DNA from: Candidatus Lustribacter sp. | GTDB taxonomy: Bacteria; Vulcanimicrobiota; Vulcanimicrobiia; Vulcanimicrobiales; Vulcanimicrobiaceae | NCBI GenBank assembly: GCA_965277805.1 | Contig: OZ255842.1 | Coordinates: forward strand, 1,376,001 to 1,440,000 | Length of the DNA: 64,000 nucleotides | Direction: 5' to 3' | Shown: positions 19,123-28,927 of the stretch, one piece after another | Layout of the letters: each line of letters starts with the position of its first letter | How positions within the stretch are numbered: the stretch's first letter is position 1 | Program-made: the position numbers and the translations under genes | Notes under the pieces: generated by a model | What the model was told of the DNA's origin: nothing | The model's database searches: none | The model's input: the letters and a program-made list of their open reading frames with translations, nothing else

Positions 19123-19610
19123 CCGGCTTTGATGCCACGCTCGACCGGATGCCCGATTCCGAGCGGATGCGCATCGATCAGCACGAACGCAATCCGCGCC
19201 GGCTCGGTACCGCGATTCACCCAGGCGTGATTGGTGCCGCGCTGCACCATCACGTCGCCCGCACGTAATTTGACGGTTGAATCGTCGAGATCCATTTCGA
19301 CTTCACCGGAGATGACGATCACGTAGTCGATCGTCTCCGTGCGGTGCATGTTGCCTGCCTTGCCGCCCGGCGCGATCTCGTTCACCGTGAAGCGCGAACC
19401 GTTCGGCGGCGGTGGCGTGCCGATCACCCGCGCGCCCATGTCCTCGATCCCTTCGCCGAGTGCGATATCGGCCGGCGTGCGGTCGGTGCACCACATCAGC
19501 GTCGACGTATTCCCGTTCCCGCTTGCCGAGCGGCGCGTGTTCGGCGCCTCGCCGTCGATCAGCACGATCGCTTTGCCGTTGTCATCGTGACCGGTGACGA
19601 CGCGCCTCAC
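19119..19610 (-). CDS. Cupin domain protein
   Basis: MRRVVTGHD..GKA, MHRTETIDY, VQRGTNHAWVN. Confidence 0.9.
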   Translation of the reverse strand: MRRVVTGHDDNGKAIVLIDGEAPNTRRSASGNGNTSTLMWCTDRTPADIALGEGIEDMGARVIGTPPPPNGSRFTVNEIAPGGKAGNMHRTETIDYVIVISGEVEMDLDDSTVKLRAGDVMVQRGTNHAWVNRGTEPARIAFVLIDAHPLGIGHPVERGIKAG

Positions 19611-20152
19611 GAGAGCGTGTTCGTCCCGGTCGACGGCGGCACGTCGAACACCGCCAGCATCATCCCGATCATCGTGTACAAACCCGCTGTCGTGACCATC
19701 TCGATCATTAAATCGAGGCCGAAGGCGTCCAAGCCGCGCGCATAGTTGGCATCGCTAAGCGCACGCGTTTGGTTGAGCTCGGTGAAGATGTCGTAGATCA
19801 ACTGCTCGTCGGAGCGCGCGAACGAAGGGACGCGGTTGGTCCGGATCGCCTCGATCGCGCCGGCCGAAATGCCGGCCTCCAGCGCCTGCCTAGCGTGCGC
19901 GGTCCATGCGTACTCCGCGCGCCACGGCCGCACGATCAGCAGCACCATCAACTCGACGAGCCGCTTTTCGAACCCGCTGTTCTTGCGCAGGCGGTCGCTC
20001 AGATGTTCGACCCGCTTGGCGATCTCCGGCACGCGGATCCAGATCGCGAAGGGGCCGCCGATCACGCCCGACCGGGTTCCGGCGATCGAGGCCGCAATGG
20101 CCTTTTGCTCGGCGCTCATTTCATCGTCGCTCAGACGCGTCACACGGCTCAT
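19607..20152 (-). CDS. Carboxymuconolactone decarboxylase-like (CMD/AhpD fold) protein
   Basis: Start ATG 20152; GPFAIW...PE, ELMVL, EYAWTAH, ALEAG, GLYTMIGM. Confidence 0.85.
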   Translation of the reverse strand: MSRVTRLSDDEMSAEQKAIAASIAGTRSGVIGGPFAIWIRVPEIAKRVEHLSDRLRKNSGFEKRLVELMVLLIVRPWRAEYAWTAHARQALEAGISAGAIEAIRTNRVPSFARSDEQLIYDIFTELNQTRALSDANYARGLDAFGLDLMIEMVTTAGLYTMIGMMLAVFDVPPSTGTNTLS

Positions 20153-20201
20153 GCGCTCCCCATTCCGGTTGGTGCGGTCGGCTCCTCGGCGAAGGAAAGG
20201 T

Positions 20202-20245
20202 CCTCCGGCAATACAACCTCCTGAGGAACTCAGTTGCCGGAGGTT
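20202..20245. promoter_or_regulatory. Nested inverted repeat covering the SD of the 20252 gene (operator or cis-RNA element)
   Basis: CCTCCGGCAA (20202-11) pairs with TTGCCGGAGG (20234-43); inner CTGAG-GAA-CTCAG. Confidence 0.55.
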
Positions 20246-20251
20246 CACTGC

Positions 20252-21217
20252 ATGACGGGTTTATCGCGTTCCGCGCTCTTGACCGGACTCGCAGCCGGTG
20301 TAGCAGGTGCGGCACTGCCCCGCGTCGCCCGCGCACAAGCCACGACCGTGCGCATCGCCGGGGTGTTCAGCGACCTCTTCGCGGAGCCGTTCTATGCGAA
20401 GGACGCCGGAGCGTTTGCGAAGGCCGGATTCGACGTGCAGCCGACGAGCCTGAACAACGCAGGCGCGGTCGCCGCCGCGATCGGCGGCGGCAGTCTCGAA
20501 CTCGGCACCGGCGACCTCATCTCCGGGGTGAACGCAATCAACGCGGGCGTACCCGTCGTTTTGGTCGCCGGCGGCGGTCTCTATAATGAACGCGGCGACC
20601 AGAACTCGACGATCCTCGCGGTCGCGAACGATTCGCCGATCAAAACGGCCAAGGATCTGGTCGGCAAGTCGATCGGCGTTCCGACGCTCGCCGGTCTGTC
20701 GACCGCGTGCCTTCGCGCCTGGCTGCCGGCGCACGGCGTGCCGCTCGATAGCGTGAAGCTGGTCGAAATTACGCAAGCCGAATCGCCCGCTGCGCTCGAG
20801 CGCGGCAGGCTCGACGCCGGTCTGCTCTCGGAGCCGTTCGTGACGTTTGCCAAAGCGTCGACCCGCGCGATCGGCTCGCCGTTCGATGCCGCCGCCGATC
20901 TCGCACCGAACAAGATCTTCTGCGTTTCGGTGTGGTACGCGAACAAGACGTGGTTCGAAGCCGACGCCGCGCGGGCGAAGCGCATCGTGCAAGCGATCGT
21001 CGACACTGCGCGCTGGGCCAACACGCATCGCGACGATACGTTCGGAATTCTCGTCCGCGACGGTCACCTCGATCCGGTTCAAGCGAAGGGCATGCTGCGC
21101 ACGACGTACGCCACCAGCCTGACGGCCGATCTCATCGCCCCCGTGATCACCATCGGCAATAACAACAAGATGTTCTCGAAGCCCACGGACGCCGCTTCCC
21201 TTATCACCAAAGCGTAA
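20252..21217 (+). CDS. SsuA/TauA-like ABC solute-binding protein (subfamily A)
   Basis: GGAGG then ATG 20252; LSRSALL...ARA signal; EPFYAKDAG, WANTH. Confidence 0.9.
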   Translation: MTGLSRSALLTGLAAGVAGAALPRVARAQATTVRIAGVFSDLFAEPFYAKDAGAFAKAGFDVQPTSLNNAGAVAAAIGGGSLELGTGDLISGVNAINAGVPVVLVAGGGLYNERGDQNSTILAVANDSPIKTAKDLVGKSIGVPTLAGLSTACLRAWLPAHGVPLDSVKLVEITQAESPAALERGRLDAGLLSEPFVTFAKASTRAIGSPFDAAADLAPNKIFCVSVWYANKTWFEADAARAKRIVQAIVDTARWANTHRDDTFGILVRDGHLDPVQAKGMLRTTYATSLTADLIAPVITIGNNNKMFSKPTDAASLITKA

Positions 21218-21231
21218 GGAGCACCCAAGCG

Positions 21232-22524
21232 ATGTCGCTCAATCGTGACCGCTTTCTCAGAACGACGGCCGGTGCCGTGGCGGGACTCGCTGCCGGCGCG
21301 GCCGAGCTGCAGCCGGGCTCCGCCGCCGACGATTCGGTTTTCCTCGGACTCTGCTGCCCGCTGACCGGCTCCTACGGCGCCGACGGCGAGGATTTGCGCA
21401 AGGGCTATCTGCTCGCGATCCGCGACCTCAACAACGGCACCGGCGTCATGGGTCAGATTCCGAGCCTGCGCGGGAAAAAAGGCGTGCTCGGCAAGCGCAT
21501 CACCTACAAGGTCGCCGACACCGAGACCAATCCCAACACCGCCGTGCAGCACGCGACCGAGTTCATCACGCAGAACAAGGCGATCATGGTCACGGGCGGC
21601 GTGGCCAGCTCCGAAGTCATCGCAATGGCCAAGGTCGCGCAGCAGCAGAAGGTGCTGTTTATGACCGGCGCAAGCGGCTCGAACGATACGACCGGCGTCG
21701 ATTGCCAGCGTTATTCGTTCCGCTCGCAGTGCGATGCGTACATGGTGGCCAAGGCGATCGCGCCGATCCTCGGCAAAGCGCTGGGCACGAAACGCAAGGC
21801 CGTCTACCTCACGCCCGATTACAGCTACGGCCACTCGTTGACCGGATCGATGCGCGAATTCACCGAGAAACTCGGCTGGACGACCGTGGCCGACGTCGTC
21901 GCACCGTTTCCGTCGCCCGGCGATTTCAGTTCGTACCTCACCAACATCGCGAACTCCGGCGCCGATACGTTCGTGAACATCGAGTTCGGCAACGACGGCG
22001 TCGCTTCGACGAAGCAGGCCGCACAATTCGGCATCTTGCCGAAGATGAAGCTCGTCGTTCCGAACGTGTCGACCTATTTTCCCGACGGCGTCGGCGCGGA
22101 GCTGATGGGCGGCGTGTACGGCACGCAAGAATGGTACTTTTCGCTGGCCGACCGCTACCCGCTCTCCAAGCGATTCCTCGACGACTTCGAGAAGATGTAT
22201 CCGGGCGTCGTGCCGCGCTGGACGGCGCACATCGCCTACACCCAGCTCGCGATCTGGGCCGATGCGGTGACGCGCGCGAAGACGTTCGCCGCGCCGGCCG
22301 TCATCGCGACGCTCGAGGCGGGGAAACCGCTCACGCTGATGCTGGGACCGGTGCACTATCGCGCCGGCGACCATCAGCTCGTGCGTCCGGTTCCGGTCGT
22401 GATCGGCAAGACCGCCTCGCAGATGAAGAACAAGGCCGACTTCTTCCAAGTGGTCGACATCATCCCGGGCGACGAAGTGATGCAGCCGCTCGACACGACC
22501 TCATGTACGATGCCGCCCGTGTGA
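21232..22524 (+). CDS. LivJ-like ABC solute-binding protein of the adjacent HAAT transporter
   Basis: AAGGAG SD; LNRDRFL signal; PLTGSYG, ADTET, TPDYSYG. Confidence 0.9.
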   Translation: MSLNRDRFLRTTAGAVAGLAAGAAELQPGSAADDSVFLGLCCPLTGSYGADGEDLRKGYLLAIRDLNNGTGVMGQIPSLRGKKGVLGKRITYKVADTETNPNTAVQHATEFITQNKAIMVTGGVASSEVIAMAKVAQQQKVLFMTGASGSNDTTGVDCQRYSFRSQCDAYMVAKAIAPILGKALGTKRKAVYLTPDYSYGHSLTGSMREFTEKLGWTTVADVVAPFPSPGDFSSYLTNIANSGADTFVNIEFGNDGVASTKQAAQFGILPKMKLVVPNVSTYFPDGVGAELMGGVYGTQEWYFSLADRYPLSKRFLDDFEKMYPGVVPRWTAHIAYTQLAIWADAVTRAKTFAAPAVIATLEAGKPLTLMLGPVHYRAGDHQLVRPVPVVIGKTASQMKNKADFFQVVDIIPGDEVMQPLDTTSCTMPPV

Positions 22525-22555
22525 GGGCATTGAGGATGAGCGCCTGCCGGTTCAT

Positions 22556-23416
22556 TTGATCGAAGCGCAACTCCTCAACGGGGTTGCGCTCGGATCGATC
22601 CTGGCGCTGGTCGCGCTCGGGCTCACGATCATCTTCGGATTGCTCGGCTTCGTGAACTTCGCGCACGGCGGTCTGTTTACGGTCGGCGCCTATGCGGGCT
22701 GGCTCGCATACACGCGCTACGACTCCTACGTGCTCGGCATCGTCGCCGCAGTGGTGGTGACGTTTGTTGCCGGCATCGTCATCGAGCGGCTGCTGATCCG
22801 GCTCTATTACCGGCGGCCGAAAGAAGACCAGATCCTGGTAACGTTTGGTCTGGGCATCGTGCTGGTCGAGATCGTTCGCGCGCTCTTTACCGGCCAGAAC
22901 AAACTCGTGCCGACGCCGTCATGGGCGAGCGGCGCCGTCCAGTTGGCGGATCTCGTTTATCCGCAATACCGGCTCGACGTCGTCGGCATCGTGGCCGTGA
23001 CGCTCTTGGCCGTGTGGGCGATCATCTTCAAGACGCGGCTCGGATTGATCGTGCGCGCGGGTATTGACGACGCGCTGATCGTCGAGATGCTCGGCATCGA
23101 TATCGGGCGCGCGTTCATGCTCGTCTTCGCGCTCGGTGCGTGCGTGGCCGGTTTGGCCGGCTTCGTCGACGCGCCGATCTTGGCGTTGACGCCCGACGTC
23201 GGCACGATGGTGCTCGTCCAGTCGCTGGTCGTCATCGTGATCGGCGGCGTTGGTTCGTTCGGCGGCGCGATCGTGGGCGGCATCGTCGCCGGTGAGATCA
23301 TCAGCCTGACCAGCGTGTTCGCGCCCGATTGGGCGCAAGTCGCGCTCTACATCGCGATGGCGCTCGTGCTGCTGGCGCGGCCGCAAGGATTGCTCGGCGT
23401 GGTGGGGCGCGCATGA
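22556..23416 (+). CDS. livH: HAAT-family ABC permease (LivH-like)
   Basis: ALGLTIIFG...NFAHG, TRLGLIVRA, VIVIGGVGS. Confidence 0.92.
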   Translation: MIEAQLLNGVALGSILALVALGLTIIFGLLGFVNFAHGGLFTVGAYAGWLAYTRYDSYVLGIVAAVVVTFVAGIVIERLLIRLYYRRPKEDQILVTFGLGIVLVEIVRALFTGQNKLVPTPSWASGAVQLADLVYPQYRLDVVGIVAVTLLAVWAIIFKTRLGLIVRAGIDDALIVEMLGIDIGRAFMLVFALGACVAGLAGFVDAPILALTPDVGTMVLVQSLVVIVIGGVGSFGGAIVGGIVAGEIISLTSVFAPDWAQVALYIAMALVLLARPQGLLGVVGRA

Positions 23417-24405
23417 TTCTCGGGCCCGTCGGCGATCGCACCGGCTGGCGGGTTGAAGGCGCGGTCGCGCTGTTTCTCGTGCTCTTTCCGTTTTTGCTCG
23501 GGCTCTTCGGCGCGGGCACCGATCTCGGCACGCGCATCCTCATCTTGGGACTCTTCGGCCTCGGCGTCGATCTGATCTTCGGATTTACCGGCCTGCTCTC
23601 GTTCGGCCAAGCCGCGTTCTACGGAACCGGCGGGTTCGTGACCGCGAACGTGCTCATCCGGCACATCGTGCCGAGCACGCTTGGCGCGCTCGCCGTCGGC
23701 ACGCTGGTTGCCGCGCTTGCCGGCGCGCTGGTCGGCTCGCTCGCGCTGCGGCAGGTCGGCATCTATTTCGCGATGCTCACGCTCGCCTTCGGGCAGCTGT
23801 TCTACTTTCTCGAGAACTCGCCGCTGCGCGCGTTCACCGGGAGCGAGAACGGTTTGCCCGGCGTTCCGAAGCCCGTCTTCGCGCTCGGTCCGTGGACGCT
23901 CGACGCGACGACGAGCATCGGCATGTACGTGTTCGTCGCCGCGATCTACTTCGGCGGTTTCTTCATCGCGCGCCGGATCGTGCGCTCGCCGTTCGGTGCG
24001 GTGTTGCGGGCAATTCGCGAGAATCCCGAGCGCGCCGCGGCCGTCGGTCATCAAGTTCCGAGCTACAAGCTCGTCGCGTTCACGCTCGCCGCAGCCTATG
24101 GCGGGCTCGCCGGCGGACTGCTCGGCATTTTCCAAGGCTACATGCCGCCCGAAGCGTTCTCGATCGATCAATCGGGCGAGATCATCGTGATGACCGTGAT
24201 CGGTGGACCCGGCACGCTGATCGGCCCGCTGGTCGGCGCGGGCGTGTGGACGCTCTTGCGACAGGGACTGCAGAACGTGGACGCGATTGCCGGCGTGTGG
24301 AAGCTGATCCTTGGTCTCGTCTTCATTCTTCTGATCACCGGTTTCCGGCGCGGACTGACCGGCGGCGCGATCGCGCTCTGGGCGCGCCTGCGGGCCGCGC
24401 GATGA
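23413..24405 (+). CDS. livM: HAAT-family ABC permease (LivM-like)
   Basis: GFTGLLSFGQAAF, YFAMLTLAF, SPFGAVLRAIREN. Confidence 0.92.
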   Translation: MILGPVGDRTGWRVEGAVALFLVLFPFLLGLFGAGTDLGTRILILGLFGLGVDLIFGFTGLLSFGQAAFYGTGGFVTANVLIRHIVPSTLGALAVGTLVAALAGALVGSLALRQVGIYFAMLTLAFGQLFYFLENSPLRAFTGSENGLPGVPKPVFALGPWTLDATTSIGMYVFVAAIYFGGFFIARRIVRSPFGAVLRAIRENPERAAAVGHQVPSYKLVAFTLAAAYGGLAGGLLGIFQGYMPPEAFSIDQSGEIIVMTVIGGPGTLIGPLVGAGVWTLLRQGLQNVDAIAGVWKLILGLVFILLITGFRRGLTGGAIALWARLRAAR

Positions 24406-25157
24406 CCGCGTTGCTCGAAGCGCGCGAACTGACCAAACGCTTCGGCGGCCTCACCGCCGTCGACCGCGCGTCGCTCACGATTGACGAGGGAACGATCACC
24501 GCGCTGATCGGGCCCAACGGCGCGGGCAAAAGCACGTTCTTCAAGCTGCTCGCCGGCGAGCTCGAGCCGACGGAAGGCGACGTCGTTTTCCGCGGACGGC
24601 CCATCACCGGGCTCGGCGTCGCGCGCGTGTGCCGCCTCGGCATCGGCAAGAGCCATCAGATCACGCAGATCTTTCCGAACTTGACCGTGACCGAGAACCT
24701 GATCATTCCGGCGCTTGCCGCGCGCCGCGGCGGGTTCCGCGTCGATCTCTTTGCATCGGTGCGCGGCATCGACGGATTGGCCGAGCTCGTCGCCCATACC
24801 CTGAACGAAATCGGCCTCGCCGATCGCGCCGGCGTCCGCTCCGGCGAATTAGCGTACGGCGAGAAGCGGCGTCTCGAGATCGGGCTCGCGCTCGCGACGC
24901 AGCCGCACCTCTTGCTGCTCGATGAACCCGCTGCCGGCATGAGCCCATCCGAAACAGCCGAGACCGTCGCCCTGATTCAACGCTTGCGCACGGGCGTCAC
25001 GATCGTGATCGTCGAGCACGACATGGACGTCGTGTTCGGCTTGGCCGACCGCATCATGGTGATGCAGAACGGCGCGACGATCGCGTACGGAACGCCGGCC
25101 GAAATTCGCGCCGACGCGCGCGTGCGCGAAGCCTATCTCGGCGGAGCCGACGAGTGA
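24402..25157 (+). CDS. livG: HAAT-family ABC ATPase (LivG-like)
   Basis: KRFGGL, GPNGAGKS, LAYGEKRRLE, LLLDEP, VEHD, VREAYLG. Confidence 0.93.
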   Translation: MTALLEARELTKRFGGLTAVDRASLTIDEGTITALIGPNGAGKSTFFKLLAGELEPTEGDVVFRGRPITGLGVARVCRLGIGKSHQITQIFPNLTVTENLIIPALAARRGGFRVDLFASVRGIDGLAELVAHTLNEIGLADRAGVRSGELAYGEKRRLEIGLALATQPHLLLLDEPAAGMSPSETAETVALIQRLRTGVTIVIVEHDMDVVFGLADRIMVMQNGATIAYGTPAEIRADARVREAYLGGADE

Positions 25158-25855
25158 GCCTGCTCGAAATCGAACGCGTCAACGCCTACTACGGCGAATC
25201 GCACGTGCTCTTCGACCTCTCGCTGCACGTTGAAGAAGGCGAGGTCGTCGCGCTGCTCGGCCGCAACGGCGCAGGCAAGACGACGACGATGAACACGATC
25301 ATGGGCGTCGTCGCACCGCGTTCGGGAGCCGTGCGCGTGGCGGGCGAAGACGTCACCGGCATGCGGCCGCATGCGATCGCCGCCCGCAGCGTGCAGCTCG
25401 TTCCGGATACGCGCCGCATCGTGAAGACGATCTCGGTCGACGAGAACCTGCAGCTCGCCGCGCTCACGGCCAAATCGCCGTGGACGCGCGAACGCATCTA
25501 CGAGCTCTTTCCCTCGCTCGGCCGGCGGCGTGCCAGTATGGGGCGCGCGCTCTCGGGCGGCGAGCAGCAGATGCTCGCGATCGCCCGGGCCCTGATTCGC
25601 GAACCGCGCCTGCTGCTGCTCGACGAGCCGTTCGAAGGCTTGGCGCCGCTGATCGTGCGCGATCTCATCGCCACCACGCGCGCGCTGGCGAGCGAAGGCC
25701 GCACGATCGTGATCGTCGAGCAAAACGTGCGGGCTGCGTTAGCGCTGGCCGGGCGCGCCTACGTCTTGAACAAAGGCCAGGTCGTGTGGGAAGGGGCACC
25801 CGCCGCACTCGAGGCGGCGCCCGAACTCATGCACCGGTATCTGGGCGTCTCATGA
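25154..25855 (+). CDS. livF: HAAT-family ABC ATPase (LivF-like)
   Basis: GRNGAGKTT, LSGGEQQMLA, LLLDEP.EGLAP, VEQN. Confidence 0.93.
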   Translation: MSLLEIERVNAYYGESHVLFDLSLHVEEGEVVALLGRNGAGKTTTMNTIMGVVAPRSGAVRVAGEDVTGMRPHAIAARSVQLVPDTRRIVKTISVDENLQLAALTAKSPWTRERIYELFPSLGRRRASMGRALSGGEQQMLAIARALIREPRLLLLDEPFEGLAPLIVRDLIATTRALASEGRTIVIVEQNVRAALALAGRAYVLNKGQVVWEGAPAALEAAPELMHRYLGVS

Positions 25856-26344
25856 ACGCTCTTCGCGCTGCACGTTATCGTAGATCGTCGTGAGCGCGCG
25901 CTGCAGCACTTTCAGATCGTGCGCCGAGAGACGGTCGATGTAGAGCTGGTTCACGTTCTCCGCGAACGGAACGGTTCGCTCGAAGAGTTCCGTGCCGGCC
26001 GGCGTCAGCGAGATGGCGACGCTGCGCGTGTCTTCCTCGATGCGCCGGCGTTTGACCCAGCGCGACTTCGTCATCGCGTTGAGCAGCCGTGAGAGCGTGG
26101 GCGGTTCGATGCTCGTGAGCTTGGCCAGTTCGCCGAAGCGGCACTCGCGGTGCTGCCAAAGGGTCAGCAGAATGCGCCATTGCGGAACCGTGAGGCCGAA
26201 CTTCTCGAACTCGAGCGCAGAGTAGTTGAGCATTGCGGTGGCGGCCCGGTTGACGAGATAGGGAATGTAGCTCTCGATCTGCAGGTCGCCGGCCGGCCCG
26301 GCGCGGCGTTTCAGCCGCCGCCCGCCTTGCTGACGCCGACCCAC
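25850..26344 (-). CDS. MarR-family transcriptional regulator (start uncertain: GTG 26344 or CTG 26314)
   Basis: YIPYLVNR, GLTVPQWRIL, LSRLL, EDTRSVAISLTPAG. Confidence 0.88.
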   Translation of the reverse strand: MGRRQQGGRRLKRRAGPAGDLQIESYIPYLVNRAATAMLNYSALEFEKFGLTVPQWRILLTLWQHRECRFGELAKLTSIEPPTLSRLLNAMTKSRWVKRRRIEEDTRSVAISLTPAGTELFERTVPFAENVNQLYIDRLSAHDLKVLQRALTTIYDNVQREERS

Positions 26345-27480
26345 GTGTTCTTCTCGGGACTCCAGCGCACCATGATCACGCTGTCGACGCCCACGCCCCG
26401 CTGCGGCGTGGTATGGTAGTCGTACTGACCGAACACGCCGACGCCGTGATAGGCGGTGATGTAGTCGCGAATTTGCGCCGGCGTGGCGTTGGGCCCGAGT
26501 TTGTTGATCGCGTCGACGATGATCAAGATCGGATCCCAAACGAAGAGGTGCCCTTGATCGGGCCGCACGCCGATCGCCTTGAATGCATCGAGATACGCGT
26601 TGACCGCGCGTTTCTCGGGCCCGTTCGGCAGCGTCTCCGGCGCAAAACTCGCCGAGCCGGGAAAGTAGAGTTCCTTGGGCAGAAAGTTCACGTACTGCTT
26701 CATCTGCACGTACGTCATGTTTCCGGGCGTGGCGAGCACCGGGATGTCGAGCCCGGTCGATTGCATCGCGTTGAACACCGTCGCGAGCGGTCCGCCGACG
26801 GTCCAAGCAATCAGCGCTTGCGCGCCGGATGCTTTGATGCGCGCGATCTGCGCCGCGACGCTGACGTCGGAGGCGTTGTAGTGCTCGTGCGCCGCGACGG
26901 TGACGTTCTTGTTTTCGGGCAGCGCGAGCATCTGGGCGACGTTGTTATCGAGGTCCTGACCGGTCGCATCGGTCGTCGCGATGATGCCGAGCTTGGTCCA
27001 GCCTTTGGAGCGGAAGAAGCGCAAGGAAGCTTGGATCATGTCCGTCGTCGAGGTGCCGGCGGTGAACATGTAGCTGCCGGCCGGCGGATGCACGCCGGGC
27101 GAGAAGCAGTAGAGCACCGGTCCGTCTTTGATCAGCGCCGCTTGTGCGCTGCAGATCGCCGTCAAGGTCGAGCCCACCATCACCGCGGCTTTCTTCGCGA
27201 TGATGCCGTCGGTCAGCTGGACCGCGACCTGCGGGCTCGACTGATCGTCGAGGTAGTTGAATTTGAGCGGCCGCCCGGCGACGCCGCCGCGCTTGTTGAT
27301 CATGTCCTCGAGCAGCTTGAGCGCGACCATTTGCGCGGTGCCGAGAAACGCGCCGTTGCCGCTCTGCGGTAAGATCGCGTCGATCTCGTAGGGGTCGGCG
27401 GCGCGCGCTGTTTGCGGCGTTGCCGTAAGCGCGACGGTGAGCGCGAGAAGCGCGGCGCAGGCCGCAGAGCGGAGGTTCAT
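26311..27480 (-). CDS. LivJ-like ABC solute-binding protein
   Basis: Start ATG 27480 (ATGA overlap); signal ARA; INKRGGVAGRPL, DDQSSPQ; paralog of 6286-7464 and 40855-42030. Confidence 0.9.
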   Translation of the reverse strand: MNLRSAACAALLALTVALTATPQTARAADPYEIDAILPQSGNGAFLGTAQMVALKLLEDMINKRGGVAGRPLKFNYLDDQSSPQVAVQLTDGIIAKKAAVMVGSTLTAICSAQAALIKDGPVLYCFSPGVHPPAGSYMFTAGTSTTDMIQASLRFFRSKGWTKLGIIATTDATGQDLDNNVAQMLALPENKNVTVAAHEHYNASDVSVAAQIARIKASGAQALIAWTVGGPLATVFNAMQSTGLDIPVLATPGNMTYVQMKQYVNFLPKELYFPGSASFAPETLPNGPEKRAVNAYLDAFKAIGVRPDQGHLFVWDPILIIVDAINKLGPNATPAQIRDYITAYHGVGVFGQYDYHTTPQRGVGVDSVIMVRWSPEKNTWVGVSKAGGG

Positions 27481-28799
27481 GTGGAAGCCCCGTTCTTGAG
27501 TGCGAGCATCGGCGGCGACGCCGTGTACCGTGCGGGCAGGCTCTCCGCAAAATGAAGCAGCGCCGGTCCGTCGTCGGGGTTGCCGGGGAATTGATCGATG
27601 CCGATGACGAGATCGTTGGCATAGGTCGGCGGGACGTCGCTTTGTTCGGCGTACACGCCCGGCGGCGTTTCGCCGCGCTGCACGGCCTCGATACCGTTGC
27701 GCACGTAGCGCCGGTACATGGCGACGCCGCGATCGAGCGACCCGAGTTGCTCCGTCGCATGCACGTTGATCGCGCCTTGGCTCGCCATCGCTTCGTTGTC
27801 GCCCGGTATCCACTGGCGATCCCGGTACGGGCGATCCGCATTTTGACCGAAGATTTCGAGCCGCCGGCGTTCTTCGAACGGCATCGTTTCGTCGTCGCTG
27901 ACGTGGCTGATGAAGAAGTTGACGGTGTTTTCATCGTCGACCGGCAGCGACCAGAACGAGAGGAACGGCCGGCTAGCGGGCTTGCGCTCGCGGCCGCTCT
28001 CGAAGATCGAGTTGATGATGTGCACGCTCGCGCCTTGCACTTCCGAGGAACGCACCCAGACGTTGTCGCCGACGCGCCGGGCCGCGAAGTAGGCGATGCC
28101 GCCCGGCGTTTCCGCCCACGTCATCTCGGGATAGTTGCCGAATTCGTTGGCGAAGTGCTCCATGCCGCGCATCTGCGGGATCACGTGCAGGAAGTGCGTG
28201 TGATGCGGGTCGACGGCGTTTTCCTTGACTTGCAGCCAGTTGCAGGCGAAGTTCGAACGGATGCCCGGCACGAGACGCAGTCCCGGAATATCGAAGCGAT
28301 CGCCCACCGGGAAAATCGGCATCGTTTCGGGCGGCCCCATGTAGGCGAACACGATCCCCGCGAACAGGTGCACCGGATAACCGCCCTGGCTCGCGCGTTT
28401 GCGCAGCTTCTCTTCGGCCGGATCTCCGGGAATCTGCAGGCATTGTCCGTCGACGGCGTACAAGCGGCCATGGTAACAGCAGCGAATGCCCTCCTCTTCG
28501 ATCACACCGTATTCGAGCGAGGTATTGCGATGACCGCAGTGCAGATGCAGGAGCCCGACCCGTCCGCTCTTGTCGCGGAAACAAACGAGATCTTCGCCCA
28601 GCGCGCGCACCCGCAACGGAACGTCGGTCAGTTCGTATTCGTATGCGACCGGCTGCCAGAAACGGCGATGCCATTCGCCGCCCGGCGTGCCGCGGCCGAC
28701 GCCGCAGAGTACCATATTCGGTTCGGCCGTGTGCTGCCGGGAATAGCCGTTGTACGCTAGCGACGGTCCTCCGGCGGGCTTCTTCGCTGTGGTCGTCAT
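27477..28799 (-). CDS. Rieske oxygenase, phthalate 4,5-dioxygenase/LigX-like family
   Basis: GGAGG SD, ATG 28799; GTPGGE..RRFWQP; CGH...CCYH; DPHHTHFLH; D...MASQG. Confidence 0.92.
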   Translation of the reverse strand: MTTTAKKPAGGPSLAYNGYSRQHTAEPNMVLCGVGRGTPGGEWHRRFWQPVAYEYELTDVPLRVRALGEDLVCFRDKSGRVGLLHLHCGHRNTSLEYGVIEEEGIRCCYHGRLYAVDGQCLQIPGDPAEEKLRKRASQGGYPVHLFAGIVFAYMGPPETMPIFPVGDRFDIPGLRLVPGIRSNFACNWLQVKENAVDPHHTHFLHVIPQMRGMEHFANEFGNYPEMTWAETPGGIAYFAARRVGDNVWVRSSEVQGASVHIINSIFESGRERKPASRPFLSFWSLPVDDENTVNFFISHVSDDETMPFEERRRLEIFGQNADRPYRDRQWIPGDNEAMASQGAINVHATEQLGSLDRGVAMYRRYVRNGIEAVQRGETPPGVYAEQSDVPPTYANDLVIGIDQFPGNPDDGPALLHFAESLPARYTASPPMLALKNGAST

Positions 28800-28837
28800 G
28801 ATGGGGATCCTCCGGTGGCGAGCTCTGCCCCCAAGAA

Positions 28838-28862
28838 ATCGTTCCATTTGGAACAATCTCCT
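28838..28862 (-). promoter_or_regulatory. Putative promoter with a MarR-type palindromic operator
   Basis: ATCGTTCCA-TT-TGGAACAAT (28838-57) lies within minus-strand AGGAG-N16-CGAT. Confidence 0.65.
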
Positions 28863-28927
28863 GCATTGGGGGGCGGACGTGAGGTTGCTCGGAAATCGGG
28901 GTAAGGCGGCTGCAAGGAGAATTGCTT

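Noticed and set aside
26311-26344. Non-canonical CTG start of MarR in a CTGA overlap
   Set aside because: It fits the NTGA coupling pattern, but an in-frame GTG at 26344 is an ordinary alternative; unresolved without ribosome profiling
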